A DNA stretch of 57,973 nucleotides, the filler included, from Sphacelaria rigidula (Eukaryota): assembly GCA_964200075.2 (NCBI GenBank). It is 6 parts of 6 records of this genome, joined end to end, with 100 filler letters (N's around TTAATTAATTAA, not from the genome) between each part and the next. Parts side by side here need not be neighbours in the genome. Positions count along the whole stretch, not along the records: positions 29,039 to 38,617 come from CAXNAA020008168.1; positions 38,718 to 48,295 come from CAXNAA020008169.1; positions 48,396 to 57,973 come from CAXNAA020008170.1; 3 more parts are not named here. One strand, 5' to 3'. The position numbers and the translations under genes were made by a program. Under the pieces are notes generated by a model. The model saw nothing but the letters and a program-made list of their open reading frames with translations. It made no database searches and had not been told where the DNA came from. Shown piece by piece: positions 35,201 to 49,194 of the stretch (the stretch's first letter is position 1; each line of letters starts with the position of its first letter).

Positions 35201-38200
35201 TGTAGCAAGATCAAAACGTGTCGACTGAACTACTTCACCCCCGCCCCCCCCCCCTCCCCTCCCCTCCGAAAGAAGAAAGGGACTGCTGACGAGAGGACGC
35301 AGTGGCGGCGGCAACACCTCTTCATCTCCTCTGGGCGCGACACCTGACCAAATGGACCTCTCAAGCACCACTGAAAACCATGTAAGTGATACTATCCAAC
35401 TACCTTTGCTCAACACGACTACAGATTCCAGTCAGAAGTTGGCAATCACGGAGTACACGGTTTGTTGTCGTTTAGGGCGGTGCTTACAAACCACACCCTG
35501 GACAATGAATTACACTGTCAAAAACTGTACTGCGTATAAAATCGACTGTTGTGTCTGTTGCATAATAACAGTAGATATTATACTGTACTCAGTACACTTT
35601 TTGACGCCATCAATATTTCCACACTTCGGACGGATCACTTTTTATAGGACCCACGTCATACAGCTCACGTGTGAACACACCTGTGTACTCGATTCGGATG
35701 ACACAGTACAACTAGTTATGGAACGGTCCTCGTGATCTGGATATCATCGATCAGGAGGCAGGTATCTTGTACGGGTTATAAGGATACACAGGTTCTTCTT
35801 AACGTTTCGTGTATACCTGATTCGAATTAGATAGGTTGTGCCCAAGGAGGTGATGTACGGATTAACAGACCATACAAATCACTCGTGGCAGGTTTGTAGG
35901 GAATCTCGAGTCAAACAGATCATCATCAGACAGATGCTGTATGTACGAATCACACGGGTCAATAAGATCAGTCGTGATGCCATGTGTGCACCGCCAATAA
36001 ATTCATGTACTTCGTGTAGCTGCTACAGTCAACAGTCAACATACGGACTTGTTACCATATACATTGTACCAGGGCCATACGGGTTAGCAGGTGAGGAATA
36101 CTGAATGCTGTTTATTGTATACTTCATTCGGATGCGCCGACGGTGCACATCTACGGGGAAAATATGCAGCCCTGTACCGTGGAACCACTCGGAATAAAAT
36201 GCACGTACTTCATTCCCATATGCCCGGGTTGCTACAGCCCACATACAGACTTGTGAACATGCACATTGCACGCGGGTCAGGTTAGCAGATGAGGAACACT
36301 GAATACTGTTCATTGTACACTTCATTCGGATGCGGCGATAGAGCACATCTTCGGGAAAGATATGCACTTCGACCCTGGAACCACTCGGAATAAAATATAC
36401 GTCCTTCATGTTCCGCGAGCCCGGGTTGCTACAGCCAACGACCGGACTTGTGAACATGCACTGTACCCGGGCTATACAGGTGAACAGGTCAGAGAGCTGA
36501 GTGCATAAATCATCCGTATCTTACGGGCGCGAGAAAAAGTTTCTTGTATACTAGATTCAGATTCCACTGGGATGGGGTAAATTTTGGTATACATGAGATT
36601 CAAAACGCGCGGGTCGACGACAAGCTACTGTGCTTGCCCGACCCGAGTGATACAAATCACAAGTATGTGATGCTGTACAGACGACACAGTTCTACAGATC
36701 AGTTGTACACGAAAGTGTGTGTGTGTGTGAAGCGGGTCGTACAGCTCGTCGCTCGGCAAATATATACGGGTCAAGTGGGAAAATATGTACGGGTCAAGTG
36801 GGAAAATATGTACGGGTCAAGTGGGTCCTACGGATCAGCATTGGACAAACGTGCGCGGTTGACAGCACACCTCGGACAGATCATGATCTATGCCCCAAAT
36901 GAGCTGACCCGGATCTGTCACGAGCTGATCCGTCCGCCGTGTGATTTTTTTGTCATCATCCAGCGTGCGCTACAGGTAGAGATAGAGCAGCTACTCGGAG
37001 CTAGCTTCAGCGTCGGGGTTGACTGCATCCAGAGGTCAGCCGTCGATTTTGTTCCGAAATGCGACCTCGCGCTCAACCGCATCGACGTCAACGTCCAACA
37101 TCCCGCCCAAGTGACAACTCCCACCATGAGGATCAAGGTAGCCTTCCGTACGATGGACTGGGCCTGGTGGCTGACCCACTTCGATGCCCTCGCTCGCTCT
37201 GCCGGGGACACCTTGTGCTCTGGGTTTTCGATGCCCGGCATAAGCACCGAGCCAGCAGGATCCTTCAACCCTGCAACAGCAACAATCAACAAAGGACACC
37301 GAGGGGAACGTAAGCAGAGCAAGGAGAGAAGGAAAGCAAGGAAAAAAAGCAAAAGGGAGCAATAGAGCAAAGGAAGCAAGTAAGGCCTCGAAGCAAACCC
37401 TGGACCGAAGCGAGAAATGAAGAAATAGAGCCCAGCGACCAAAGCACGTCAACGCAAAGCAGTGGGAGGAAAAAGTGATGCAGGCAAACCGGCCACGTGA
37501 TGGGACCGGTTGAAGTTACAGGAGAGATGCTGTCGTTGTCCACGCATGCGTGTGTATGTGTGTGCGTGTATTTGTGCACAGCAAGCAAAAAATATCAACG
37601 TCTCATGAACACGACTATACGTCATTCTCCACAATCCCACCAAACACCCTGGAACCTTTAATGCCGCTTCTCCTCGTCAGAAAACGGGCTCACATAACAA
37701 TGCCCTTTGTGAGCCTTTCATTGCGGGTTTTTGGCAGAATCCGGGCCTTGGCGGACTAGGCCTCCTCTGAAAGATCTTCTACTTTTCTCAAGAGGATTCT
37801 TGCGCACCTTCCCAATATTTCGTGCGCCCAGTTTTACCATTGGCCGCATTCCCGATTTTTTCAGTAGCCCCAAAAATCTTTGAGTCGTCGGGAAAAAATC
37901 ACACATACTTTTTCCTAGCAAATCAATTATTTTGAGGTTTACTGAAAAAATCGGGAATCCGGCCAAAAGTAAAGCGGGGCGCAAGAAAGATCGGGAAAGT
38001 GTGCTAGACTCCTCTTGGAAAGCATAGATATTTAACAGGAGGTCCAATCCGCCACGGTCCGGATTCTGCCAGAAATCCGCGATGAAAGGCTGACTAAGGG
38101 CATTTCTCGGAGAGCCCGTTTTCTGACTGTAAGAAGCTGCCTTAGACTGGAGGACGCCATGTATCCAAGGGTAATAATGCACACTCGCCGTCATGTGGAA

Positions 38201-38321
38201 AATAATATATTCCACCCAAACCCAACAACCCTGGAGGATGATTTATACCTTCCTCCACTCCACCTCCAGGATACTCGAAGGTGTCAATGCACAGCTCCAA
38301 TAGTCCGAGAATGCGGAATAC
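30183..38321 (-). CDS. DOCK-family (DOCK-C/D, SPIKE1-like) Rho/Rac GEF, internal exons 38321-38249, 37270-37125, 34958-34752, 31679-31516, 30285-30183
   Basis: All five exons join in frame through GT-AG sites. Motifs LLELCIDTFEYPG, VLSSLLHALSVRQS and DWLRCTLIHCN..R..G..FL.YLLR resemble the helical region preceding DHR2 in DOCK6/7/8 (LLYLCVSCFEYKG; VLLHS.ACNQS; LRHCSS..R..A..LY.LMR). Confidence 0.8.
32137..32205. repeat. (TG)n microsatellite
   Basis: Directly visible. Confidence 0.97.
34155..34650 (+). repeat. ~600-nt repeat family, copy 3 (in a DOCK intron)
   Basis: Aligns with the other copies. Confidence 0.9.
36020..36500. repeat. ~200-bp tandem repeat (about 2.3 units), followed by a 23-bp tandem repeat at 36765-36826
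   Basis: GGTTAGCAG.TGAGGAA.ACTGAAT..CTTCATTCGGATGCG..GGAACCACTCGGAATAAAAT..CCCGGGTTGCTACAGCC occurs twice. TACGGGTCAAGTGGG(AAAATATG) occurs three times. Confidence 0.9.
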
Positions 38322-40464
38322 CTGAAATAAAAATTCACGCCATAATCGGAATGGAACAAGTACATGACAACCCACAAGACAAAACATGGGCGGGGAGGGG
38401 GGATGGAGCACGAAACGAAAACAGAATACACGAGGAGAAAAATCCCGGCTTCAGCACAACTACGAGCAGAGGATCAACGGGACAGAGAAGGCATCCTTCG
38501 TCCATGACAGTCTCGAGGGCCAAAAGGTTGACCAACCCTACAGTACAAGGAACGAAGCCAGCTTAAGCTTCACAATAACGGCTCAAAATCGCAATAACCC
38601 CCCCCCCCCCCCCCCCCNNNNNNNNNNNNNNNNNNNNNNNNNNNNNNNNNNNNNNNNNNNNTTAATTAATTAANNNNNNNNNNNNNNNNNNNNNNNNNNN
38701 NNNNNNNNNNNNNNNNNACGATTTTGGGGACAAAAAACGTCCTTTTTTCACCCCAAAATCAAGGCAAAAGTGTGCTTTCGCACATACTCTTCGGGGGAAT
38801 GGAAGGCTAGAAATCCTCCGATATGGTTTTAGGGAGGTCAGGAGGGATGGGGTGGTCCATATGAAAGTCATGTGTCATAAATGTTGGTCAGGGAAAGCAC
38901 GGCTTTTGAGTTGAATCTCATTTTGTTTTTTCAATCCCATTTTTGAGAATCCACTTTTACCTACTGGAAGGTGCATATTCTCCCACACAATTGCCTCCAT
39001 AATATGGAAAAGGAATAACACTGGTTTATTTTCGACTTGCGTCACCCCCGGGAGGCCAGTACTAACCTCCCGAAGGGGAACTTTGTATATATATACATTT
39101 CCAAATGCAATACCGGTTTAGGCGAAGCACCCGTTGGTGTGCGTCTTGAAGACTAAAACGCAAAAGTGAACGCCTGGCTCGTACATTACTGCAATCTAGC
39201 TTGTGAACATTTCGTCTTGGCCAGTCATTCAAAACCTTCCAAAATTCGTGGTTAGGTGCGCCGTATTGATCTATGACGTAGTGTTTTGTGCCATGAAATC
39301 CATGATACCCGCTCATTTTGATGCTGTATATATGAGTGTGTCGCCGACGCTGACCCAATCCCCCACCGCCGTTGCCCCGTCCCTGACAGGAGCGACGGGA
39401 GACCATGGACTACACATCACCAACCGGGGAGTAACAGGTAATCTGCTATGAAGGGATATCGATGATACACATGTGCATTTGTCGAGACAGGTACAGCATG
39501 ATGCTAGCGTAGCGGCGAATGATGTGTATTGTACTACTGTCTATGCCATGCCTGCTCTACGGTGAAGTGTACGGTGTAGTAAATCGCAAAGTGCTGTACT
39601 ACACCCGCTGTTCACCGTATCACACCGTACTGTACTGTGACTCGCAAGACCAAGGACTGCAACGATACGATGCTTGCACGCGCACGACCTAATTATGCTC
39701 CTCAAAAATGAGGCTCCACACGCAGTCCACACACGACCGGCCGAAACGTTACCCGAACCAAGAAGTTGACGCAATTTCAACATCCAGATGGCCCCGATCA
39801 CACGGAAGTTCATCACCCCAGGCCACCGGCATGATCACACTGCTGACCACAAAAACAAACAGTACGAGAATGACCGGTCGATGGATAAATATGCAGAAAT
39901 ACGTTACCATGCACGAGGCAGCCGCTGATTTTTCGCGGTTCGCTCTTGTTTATCGCTGATTGCTTCGAAGTAATTATCGTGCTCGTACGACCACGACATG
40001 CCTCGCGCTCCAATAGTTTGGCCCCAGTACAAAAACGTGATCACAACACGATTAATCAACAAAACTCGTTTGAGAGGGTCACATTGAAACCCTGAACATA
40101 TTTCAGCCTTCAGAACGGGGAGCGTTTCATCAAGCAAAACCGTGGAAAGTGGCCAACTCAATGTGAATGATCCGATACCTAAATAACGTCTCGATAGGAC
40201 AAAATGCCCCGCTGCCTTATCCGATCACGGAAAAACTTATCACTGTGACATACGGGATATACCACCTCCCCATGATGAAAACTCCTCATTTCCTCAAACA
40301 CGGTTTTTACAAATCGCACGTTCTTCCTGATTTACATAAAAAATAGTGAGCTTCTTTGACCACGACAGATCCGGTCTTTCCTGCAACAAACATCGAGGCT
40401 GGTGTACTTCCAGCGTTTGGGCCAGGAGTGTCAAGGTGGGCAAATCACTTGGGAAGAACGGGGG

Positions 40465-40524
40465 TATGCATGCATGTATGTATGTATGTACGTACGTATG
40501 TATGTATGTATGTATGTATGTATG
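40465..40524. repeat. (TATG)n microsatellite, possibly the tail of a retroposon at ~40300-40464
   Basis: The repeat is directly visible; the tail interpretation is inference. Confidence 0.85.
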
Positions 40525-43500
40525 ACACCATGGTGTCACCATAGATCAATCGCATACGAGCGATTCGGTCAGGCAGATCCCGAAGTGCCACAATCCCACA
40601 CTCATCACCGGGTGTCGAATCTAAGAATGTGCTGTGCATGCGCCTGCGGCACCGGAACTTCTGAGGTTAGCCATATGTACTCTCTTCATTATTTATCCCT
40701 GTTTTGCTTGTATCGCGTTTTGTGGGCTTCTAATCTGGGTCTACTTTTTTTTTGGTTTTTTGCTAGCCTGTGACCACGGAAGGCGTCCGCATCAGATGCC
40801 CAGTACGAATGTACTGCGCAGATATCGGAACGGTTTGAAATATAAAGGCAACAACAACAATACGGTACGCTTGGACAAATGCCTTGGGTAGCACGATGTG
40901 GCGGGTGGGAGACATACGCATGAGTGTAACGGCAGCACGTACAGTAGGGAAAAACCGAGGCAGGAACGGACCCAACTTTTCCTTTTGCTCCATCTCTCAA
41001 ACACCTCGAGGACGTTCTCAATAGCACAAAACTGGAGCACTGGTAGCTCCGCAGCCTGTGCGGGCAACTTCAGGAGGCGGCGGGGGGTGAACTCCGTCGA
41101 AGGTTTTGCGTTGGCGTGGAGGAGGGGGCATACGAATGAGATGTGAGCGCTCATGTGACGGCAGCACGGCCAATCGGAAAACCGAAAACATCCGACGGGC
41201 ATTCATGCTCCCAGTTGCCCCCCTCTAGCGCCGGCACTGCCGACACATAATTGAGCATAATTGAGTGACTTCACAGCTTATGGAGAAACCAGGGGAAGGG
41301 GGCGGTCAGCTTCGTTTGGGGGGATTTCATTACGGTGCAAGGGCATGCGGGTCGATGTACCGTGTGTGTGTGCCGTACGGTACAGCCGTTGATGATCATG
41401 CGCCGGACGTTAGACGTGAAATCCATGACACTGTCGCTACTGAAGTAAACAACTTCTAAAGAGGTGAACTTGGAAATCACAGGAGTGGGGGAAAGAGTGC
41501 ATGCAAGAGAAGCCATCGACCAAGAGGCACGAAATGTTCGGGATTTGATGAATCGAATCAAGTGCTACGGGACGTACTGCAGCAGTCAACCAGGAAAGGA
41601 CTGCAAAATGTCTTCTATTACACCGATTTCACCAAACAGCATCGCGTGTCGGGAGACCTGGGGGAAGCGCCGGGCAGATTCGCAGCGGAGCTCAGGCGAA
41701 CCCATCGCCAAAAATCACGGTCGAAACTCATCCAAGCGTTAGTCTGGACCATCACATTCAGATCGTTTCAGGGGCCGACAATCACAAGTGCTTTCAAGCA
41801 TGCGCGCATGTGTAGTCGGGTATATGCCGCTTACTCTCATCGCGGAACCACAGACATCACATACAGCTCTTGTCCCGGCTTGTTTGCACGCGCCAACGAA
41901 GCAAGTGCTGTGGTCGCCGCTGTACACACCCCAACATGACCTCGTCAGCCCCGACGCGTGGTGGAGCGGAATTCGTCCTTATTTTTGCGCGCATGTGGTG
42001 CTGACAGCACGAAGAGCAACGAAATAAATGGATGAGCGTGTCACTCCATGCGTTGACCAAGCCGGCTCCATGTTTTCGCCTCTTGACGCCCCTTAAGTTT
42101 CCTTCGGTCAGATGGCACCAGCCGCAGCACCATTCCAGATGCAGATTTTCCTACTTTGCGCTTATCCCAGACGTACTTTGACACACCCATTACTCAACCC
42201 CGCTCCACATACTCAAATACTCGCTGATGCAAGGCACGGAGACAAGCTCGTAAATTGAGCTTCATCTGCTGAGCTACTCCAAATCATGTTTTCTTTGACT
42301 TTCCTCCCTCGGGGACGAGTCCGTTGTCAACCCTTCTGTCCAACGGCAAACGGCCTGACGCTGTTACTGTTATCGCGCGCTGGATAATGACTACTCCCGC
42401 ATCGCGTTCACGATCTCTGGATCTTCTGTGCTAGTCACGTACGCCGTCAACGACAGAACCAGATTGCGCTCATCAGAGAGACGGTATCTGTCAAAATTCG
42501 GACGAGGAACCTTCCGCCTTAACCGACCGTTGACGTACCATTTTAATTCAGACCACCCAGGCCCGGCGGAATGCTTACATTTTATCATGAACATATGCAT
42601 CACCAGGCGGTGTTCATGTATCTATGAACCACGGCACAAACTCTGTCCAGTACGCGCTGCTCACCCTCTTCGCGCGAGCTCCGCCATGTTGTTGCACGAC
42701 TTGGGGGCATGTTGTGTGTACAGCTCCACCGTGAACGATCCCTGTTGCGCACATTGAAAAGGTTGAGAAAACGTTCAGTACGGAGGAGCTTTTAACCGGT
42801 TGATGATTGAACGCGGATCGCTCCGCTTTCATCGTCTTACTCGTTGAATCTGCAAAATTTAGGGGGCGGGGGGAGGGAGCGATACGGCCAGGCACACCGT
42901 AACAATCCTCAGAAAAAGGCACAGCCACTGCAACATATTCCTGCCCAGTAATGAGCCAAATGATCGCCCACAGCACCAAGCACAAGATAGTGCCAATATA
43001 CAATAATCTCAGGTGAACTAGATCTTACCTTCTTCTGCCCCAAGTGCGTGCTTAAACGTCAATCATTGATTGTAGGTGTAGGAATTACTGCACCTGTCTG
43101 TGGCGGCAAGTGTACCTTATGTGTGTGCCTGTCATATTCTGGCATCCTCGTCTACGCGACCCGATCCGTCCAGAATTACACGCAAGTCTTCAGGTCCCGG
43201 GTTCCGTAGAGGTGCGAAATATGCTGCTAGGTTTGGCGGGTGATCATTGTCCTTGTTTCAGGCTGCTCACCTTACTTCATGTAAGTCAGACCAAGTCACT
43301 CATCTGCATATTTTGGGATATTCTTCGTTCTAGTTTGTCACATGCAGTCACGGGCGAAACCTCCCTAGCATCGTCCTCTTGTAGGCTGTGCTCGAGCTTC
43401 GGAGACCGGAAAACCTACCAATTTGACCCCATGCCTTCTTGTGGTGAGAGGGTCCTACTCTGGTCCTTGTGCTAGCGTCCTGAATACTGCTCTCGTCAAG

Positions 43501-45169
43501 ATAGTGTCTTGAAAGCACGCCTGAGTATATTTATGCACGAAGTGACGCATGCACTGGCATTGTGGCGCAGCAACGAACAACGAGCTACATGTTTTCATTG
43601 TTGGCAATAACAAAACAAGGGAGATAGTAGATACACGTCACTTTGCTACAAGAGGATGGCACACTGGAGATGTGTTATGTTGCTCACTTGTGCGCGATAA
43701 CGTCTAAAGCGTGTGAACTTCCGGACGCGCCCCCTATACTCGCACAGTGGAGGGATTGGCTGGTTCCAAGGAAAGGGTACCTCCAGAAAGGCTATGTTGT
43801 GGGCTTGATCGCTCTTTTCGCCCTGTTCCTCGGCGGTACGAATACTCCGCACCTGCCTAAACGTTGACATACAACACTTGGCGAGTTTTCGATATGTACA
43901 CTTGAACTTGGAGTGGGCTGTCTATGGACTATGCGCTCACGTCCCAGAGGTTGGGCTTCAGTCCCTTCACTATTACATACGTGCCATGCGTATGGGTGAC
44001 AAAATGTCCTTTCAGCATGAAGTCTGCCCGAAACCACGCGCTGAGAGATCCCTCTAGATGTTTACAAATCCCGCACATATGTATACAACTTCATCACCGG
44101 CGGGCCTGTATTTTGGGGTGGTGAACTCTCGATGCATTGTCAACCACCAACGAAACCACCGCGGGACACGCACCGCAAGAGCAGGTGCGGTCACCTCAAT
44201 ATGAACGGTTACATCTTCTTCGCAGGACTCTGGTAGAGGCGCGCCTCTTGTGACGGCATTTCAATTCACTGCACTTACGGTGGAGCATGACAACTGACAA
44301 ACTGCGGCGAGCCGCGGCGAAATTGGTTGCAAAAGGGACAAAATTCGTCGGATGCTGGCTTCCAAGAGGCCAAGCTCACATGAGACGTTTCGTTTTTGTT
44401 CCGATACGAAGTATTAGAACATACCCGTCGCGGAACCGATCCTTTACATTACATTTATCCTCCTCTTCAGCTCAACCCTAGCCGACACTTCAGTGTCTAG
44501 GTTAGCAGGACACCTGGAGACTTTGTGCGGGAAAGCACATCGTGCATTTTCGTTAGCGAACCCAACATTCGTGATCATGATTTTCGGGGCTCGATGTGCA
44601 CGTATTGTGCGTCTTTGTCGCATCTTTCCTGTACGAGCACAAGGATAGATGTTGGGCCAACGTCCACTTCTAGAATAGCCGTATTTTCGAACCTGAGCGC
44701 AAATCTGGCTAGCATCTGGACAAAAAACTTGCTCTCGAAAAGACTGAACGTGGTCCTTGTGTACACGAATCTGCCTCCCAAAAACTTTGCAAAAAGATGT
44801 CACGTGTATTTACACTCGTAAGACACGACCTCTGGGGCCCGAGGTCATTTGTTCCAAAATTCCGGACTTCGACAGTCCCATCGGGTGTTGAAGGATGACA
44901 CTGTATCGAAGTAGATATATCCCCACTCCAACTCTCAAAGCTACGAGATCCCGCTTGCACAGCAGGGGTTTGAGAGGGGAACAACTTCGCCGGGGTTCCA
45001 TGCACGCTGCATTTGAGAGGGGAACAACTTTGCCCATGTCACGTGTTTTCGTCCCGTTCCGTTGACTGCCGGGAAAACATTTTGCGCAAATCAATGAAAG
45101 CTTCAGACACAAAATCGAAACGCCACCGAACTACACTCACGCGGGCCGCCTACATGCGGCACGTGCACC

Positions 45170-45900
45170 CCCTCCATTTACCCTAGACAGTGACCCCTCC
45201 GCAGGTGGACTGAGTTGGACCATGCCACATTTGGGGTTCAGGATTGTTCTTTTCTCGTTACACAAAGCGCCGTTTTCATGAACATGTGGATATTTGTCAT
45301 CTATGCAGAAAATGGTCGCGCCTACAGTCAATTCCGTGCAGAGTCGGTATGTATGTGTGCTGTATGTCTTCACTGGATACAATGGCGAGAGATATTACAA
45401 GTGTGCCATCGCTCTCCACTGAACACAATTCACTGCACGCTGCTGATGCCTCTGCCTAGCGCTTAACAACAACACTAGAGACAGCGTAAAGCTATGCGGG
45501 GAATACACGAGGGGTCAGGCAGGCGGCTTAGACCACGAGCAGAATACAAAACAAGGTATTTGTACCCATGTAATCTATGGTTGATTTTCTTTGACCAAAA
45601 TGAGTCGTCGGGGTAGACAGCGAATTTGTCCAATGTAGTCCACCCGAACCGGAAGAACGTGCTCATTTTGACGACCGTGATTGGTCAGAATGGCATCTTT
45701 CGCCTCTCGGGCCTCGCGCACGTCTAAACATTTTCGGCGGGAAACTTCCAAACATTCATGGTTGACTTGGTGAGCTTTTCGGCTCCTCTGCGAACAGATA
45801 CCCCCCCCCCTCCCCCTGTCAAAAACGAGACCCCCCTGCCACTGAAAACCCCTGAATGTCTCCGGACTGTCAGCCTGTGAAACTGTTCCGAGGCGACGCT
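45170..45900 (-). repeat. Copy of the 11385-12190 element lacking the 127-bp MITE
   Basis: Colinear reverse-complement matches to 11385-12190. Confidence 0.9.
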
Positions 45901-48900
45901 CGCTGTCTACGGGTTAACGCCACAACGGCTAGCCGTTCAACAACAGCCGTGTTGAAATTTCAGCACACGCATCACCTGTGCTGTAGTATGCTTACAGCTA
46001 CACGTTGATATCGTGTACTGTTGAGCGCCGTCACAGCAACTGACCATAACGTTAAAAACTGTATTGTCCTCAGACAGCAACCTACTGCTGATCGTCGCTA
46101 ATAACACGAACAACTATGAGGCGTGGCATATACATGTCGATCTCCTTGGTCTACCAGGGGACTGAGTCTTCAAACCACCGACTGGCGGCAACGGAGGACC
46201 GTGCACTATTAATGGTGCTTATCTCTCCACGGTATGGGCATACGAAGTATCTCACCTTCTGTACTAGAAATGAAAAAGAGCTCGTGATCCCGTTGGTATC
46301 AGTCATAAAAAATGTTACAATACAGTATGGTGCAGATGTGGATGGATACGCATCCACTACAGAAGTCAGCGCTAACGATACTGTCCAGCAATCAGTACAC
46401 GCCCGCATCTGGTTCACCTTCAGGTTTGCTGTAGAGAAGGTATCGGGGTATAACACCCCTAGTCGACGAGTCTTTCAAATGCGATTTTGTCGAGACTGCG
46501 GCAGCTACGCAGTATGACAATGACGCCGACTGTCTGATCTTTGACCAGATGTGTTCATCCTATTCCAGCTAGATCTTGCTCGAGTACAGGTTCCCAGAAA
46601 ATCAAGCTTGAACAATATTCCACTGGGGGGTGTCCATACTAAACTCTACTTCAGTCAAGTACAACTTGTTGGTACAATTGGCGCGACCATACCAGTGTTG
46701 AATTGAATATACCGATGAACCACACAACTTTTCACGATTCAAACACGCACTACTAGATGTGTGTTTTCTCACCACAGAAGTCTGGAAGTGAACATGTGTA
46801 GAGTTGGCCATGGGTTGCTTCCTCACCGGCAAAGGTAGCCGACAGAGAAATCTGTAAGCGAATACTCCCGATCACAGCTGTCTATATAACCTGTCATGCA
46901 AGTCTCAGACCCGCGGTGCAAAGTCACCTCTGCCGCCACCAAGCAGTGAGGTTACCCTACCCTCCAGAGAAAGCGTCGGGCCCGTGGCTGTCGTGCTTGA
47001 GTAGACCATGCAGAGGCGTACTTTCCTGCTTTTATCAACTCTCCATGCTCTGCGTTCATCCACGAGGCCCGCGACAGGCAAGTGTGGGCATGTGCAACCG
47101 TACAAGGTTCGTCACGTGACGGGATATTACACCCCCTTTTCACTCGCATGATATGAAGCTTGGGCTCTTGAAGTAGGTCGGTTTTCTCGAAATATAAGAT
47201 CGTTCGCGCCCAACATATCACTTATCAACGTAAAACCCCTTGGAATGATGTGAAAAATGCGCCATACTCGAGAAATCGTGGTTGAAAAACGCTTCAGTGC
47301 CCATGGACAAGTGCTGAGGTGACGTGATATAACACCCCCCGGCGACCAGTTGAACAACTTTTTTTCCATCAATTTACCACAACCTAGAACGGGTATTCCC
47401 CTCAATCACCAATCATTTGTTTTCCATCATTCAAGAAGATCTCGTTGATATTTCTGGTCAAACGTGATTCCCCTGCACGGTGATTTTGTCGATAAAAAAG
47501 TCTGAAAAACACACTCCGCTTGGGACGTGATACAACTTGTTCGGGCGCATGTTGACATATTTCCTTCTTTTACCTCTCGGCAGGAATTTACAACGTTTAC
47601 TACAGGCTGAAGTATATAGAGTAAAAGAGTACAGGGCGTCTGCCATCGGCTGCTGATGGGCACATTGAAGTCTTTGATCTCCAGCGTCGTATCGAAACAA
47701 TTTCACCAGCGTGAAGCTGGGAAAATTTCAATGTTCAACGAGGGGCATGCAGATTCCCCAATCATCAGCGAATGCTTCCTGGGTCAACCATGCGTGTGCC
47801 CAAGAAAATTCCAGGTCGGGCAATAGGTCTGAAGGCCAGTGGGGTGACTAATCTGATCACTCTGATTGGTGAAATGGTCCACGATCTTCCTGTACAAGTC
47901 GCCTAACGTCACCCGAGGCTGTATTCTACAACATGAGCAGCGACTTCTCAACCGTCGCAGCACACACGAAAAGCAGGTGCCCTTTGCTATCTGCGCATTC
48001 TTGGCCCCGTTGTAGAACACTGAGTATCCTCCAATGCTGTAATGACCTGCGCACTGTTGTTGTAGAGCACTGAGCAGAGATACTGTAGAAACAGTGGATA
48101 CTGTACTGTGCGCGATAGAGAGCAAGGACACCGACTACTGGGCGAGTACGAGCAGCGCGTTTAGTGCTATTCTGTTACTGTCGTTGCTGCCGTCGTCGTC
48201 GTTGTTGGTGGATTTCACGGTTAGGACGAATCATCACGACTACGAATCACCAAGTCCACGATTCCTTCGGCCTGATTGCCCAATAGGGAGAAAAANNNNN
48301 NNNNNNNNNNNNNNNNNNNNNNNNNNNNNNNNNNNNNNNTTAATTAATTAANNNNNNNNNNNNNNNNNNNNNNNNNNNNNNNNNNNNNNNNNNNNATATC
48401 GCCGACATTGGCTAGAACGAACCCAAGCGTGGGAATTCCCAGCATCTCGTTGTGCTCGGCTTTTCCCATTTCGATTTACGTGAAGAGTTTGCCTCCCAAA
48501 ATCATGCACTCTTTCGGGGGGAGCTATCTTTGGAAGTGTCCTTGGTAGGTATGTTCTTCATGCCAGTTACCAAGAGATAAAATCTTCATAGCACGTGAGC
48601 ATATCGCAGTGGTACCGTCCGCCGCACCCTGGCGATCTACCATGCGTCAACGGCCCATTTGGGCGGAGGACAACGGAGTCGTCGGGAGAAAGGGGAGGGG
48701 GATGAAATTGTGTAAAAAATTAAACGTGTACGTGAACGTTGTGTTGAACTGTTCTTGTTTTAAGCTTCTTTGTCTCCGTACCCATGTCGTGGGCGTTGCT
48801 AAACATCAAAGTCGAAAGTGTGCAACCTCGTGTTGAAGGTCATTGATCCGTGGAGTCTGTCGTGGTTGTGACCCGGAAAGAGACGGCGTTGTTGAGGGAT

Positions 48901-49194
48901 GCGGGGTGCGGTGCTTGACTAGTTGAACGATCTCCATTCGATTTGTTCTTGAGCGACGGAGGGTACCACACGCAAAGAGTTCCCAGGAGCACGATCATGC
49001 AGATTTGTATTCAACCCTTTGAGCGCCAGGAGATGGACACCTAACTAAGTGTGGCAGGGACAGTGGGAAAGTCACTGTTCAAAGTTTTAGATGGCACGGC
49101 AAGGCGTGAGAATATGTTACCCGTTACCCGTGAGACTCCTCTCAGAACAGCAATTCCCGTGAGCAGTCCCATGGGTAAAGACAGGCCCATGTGG

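Noticed and set aside
36544..37365. 273-aa plus-strand ORF
   Set aside because: It spans tandem repeats and is antisense to a DOCK exon, with no recognisable domain.
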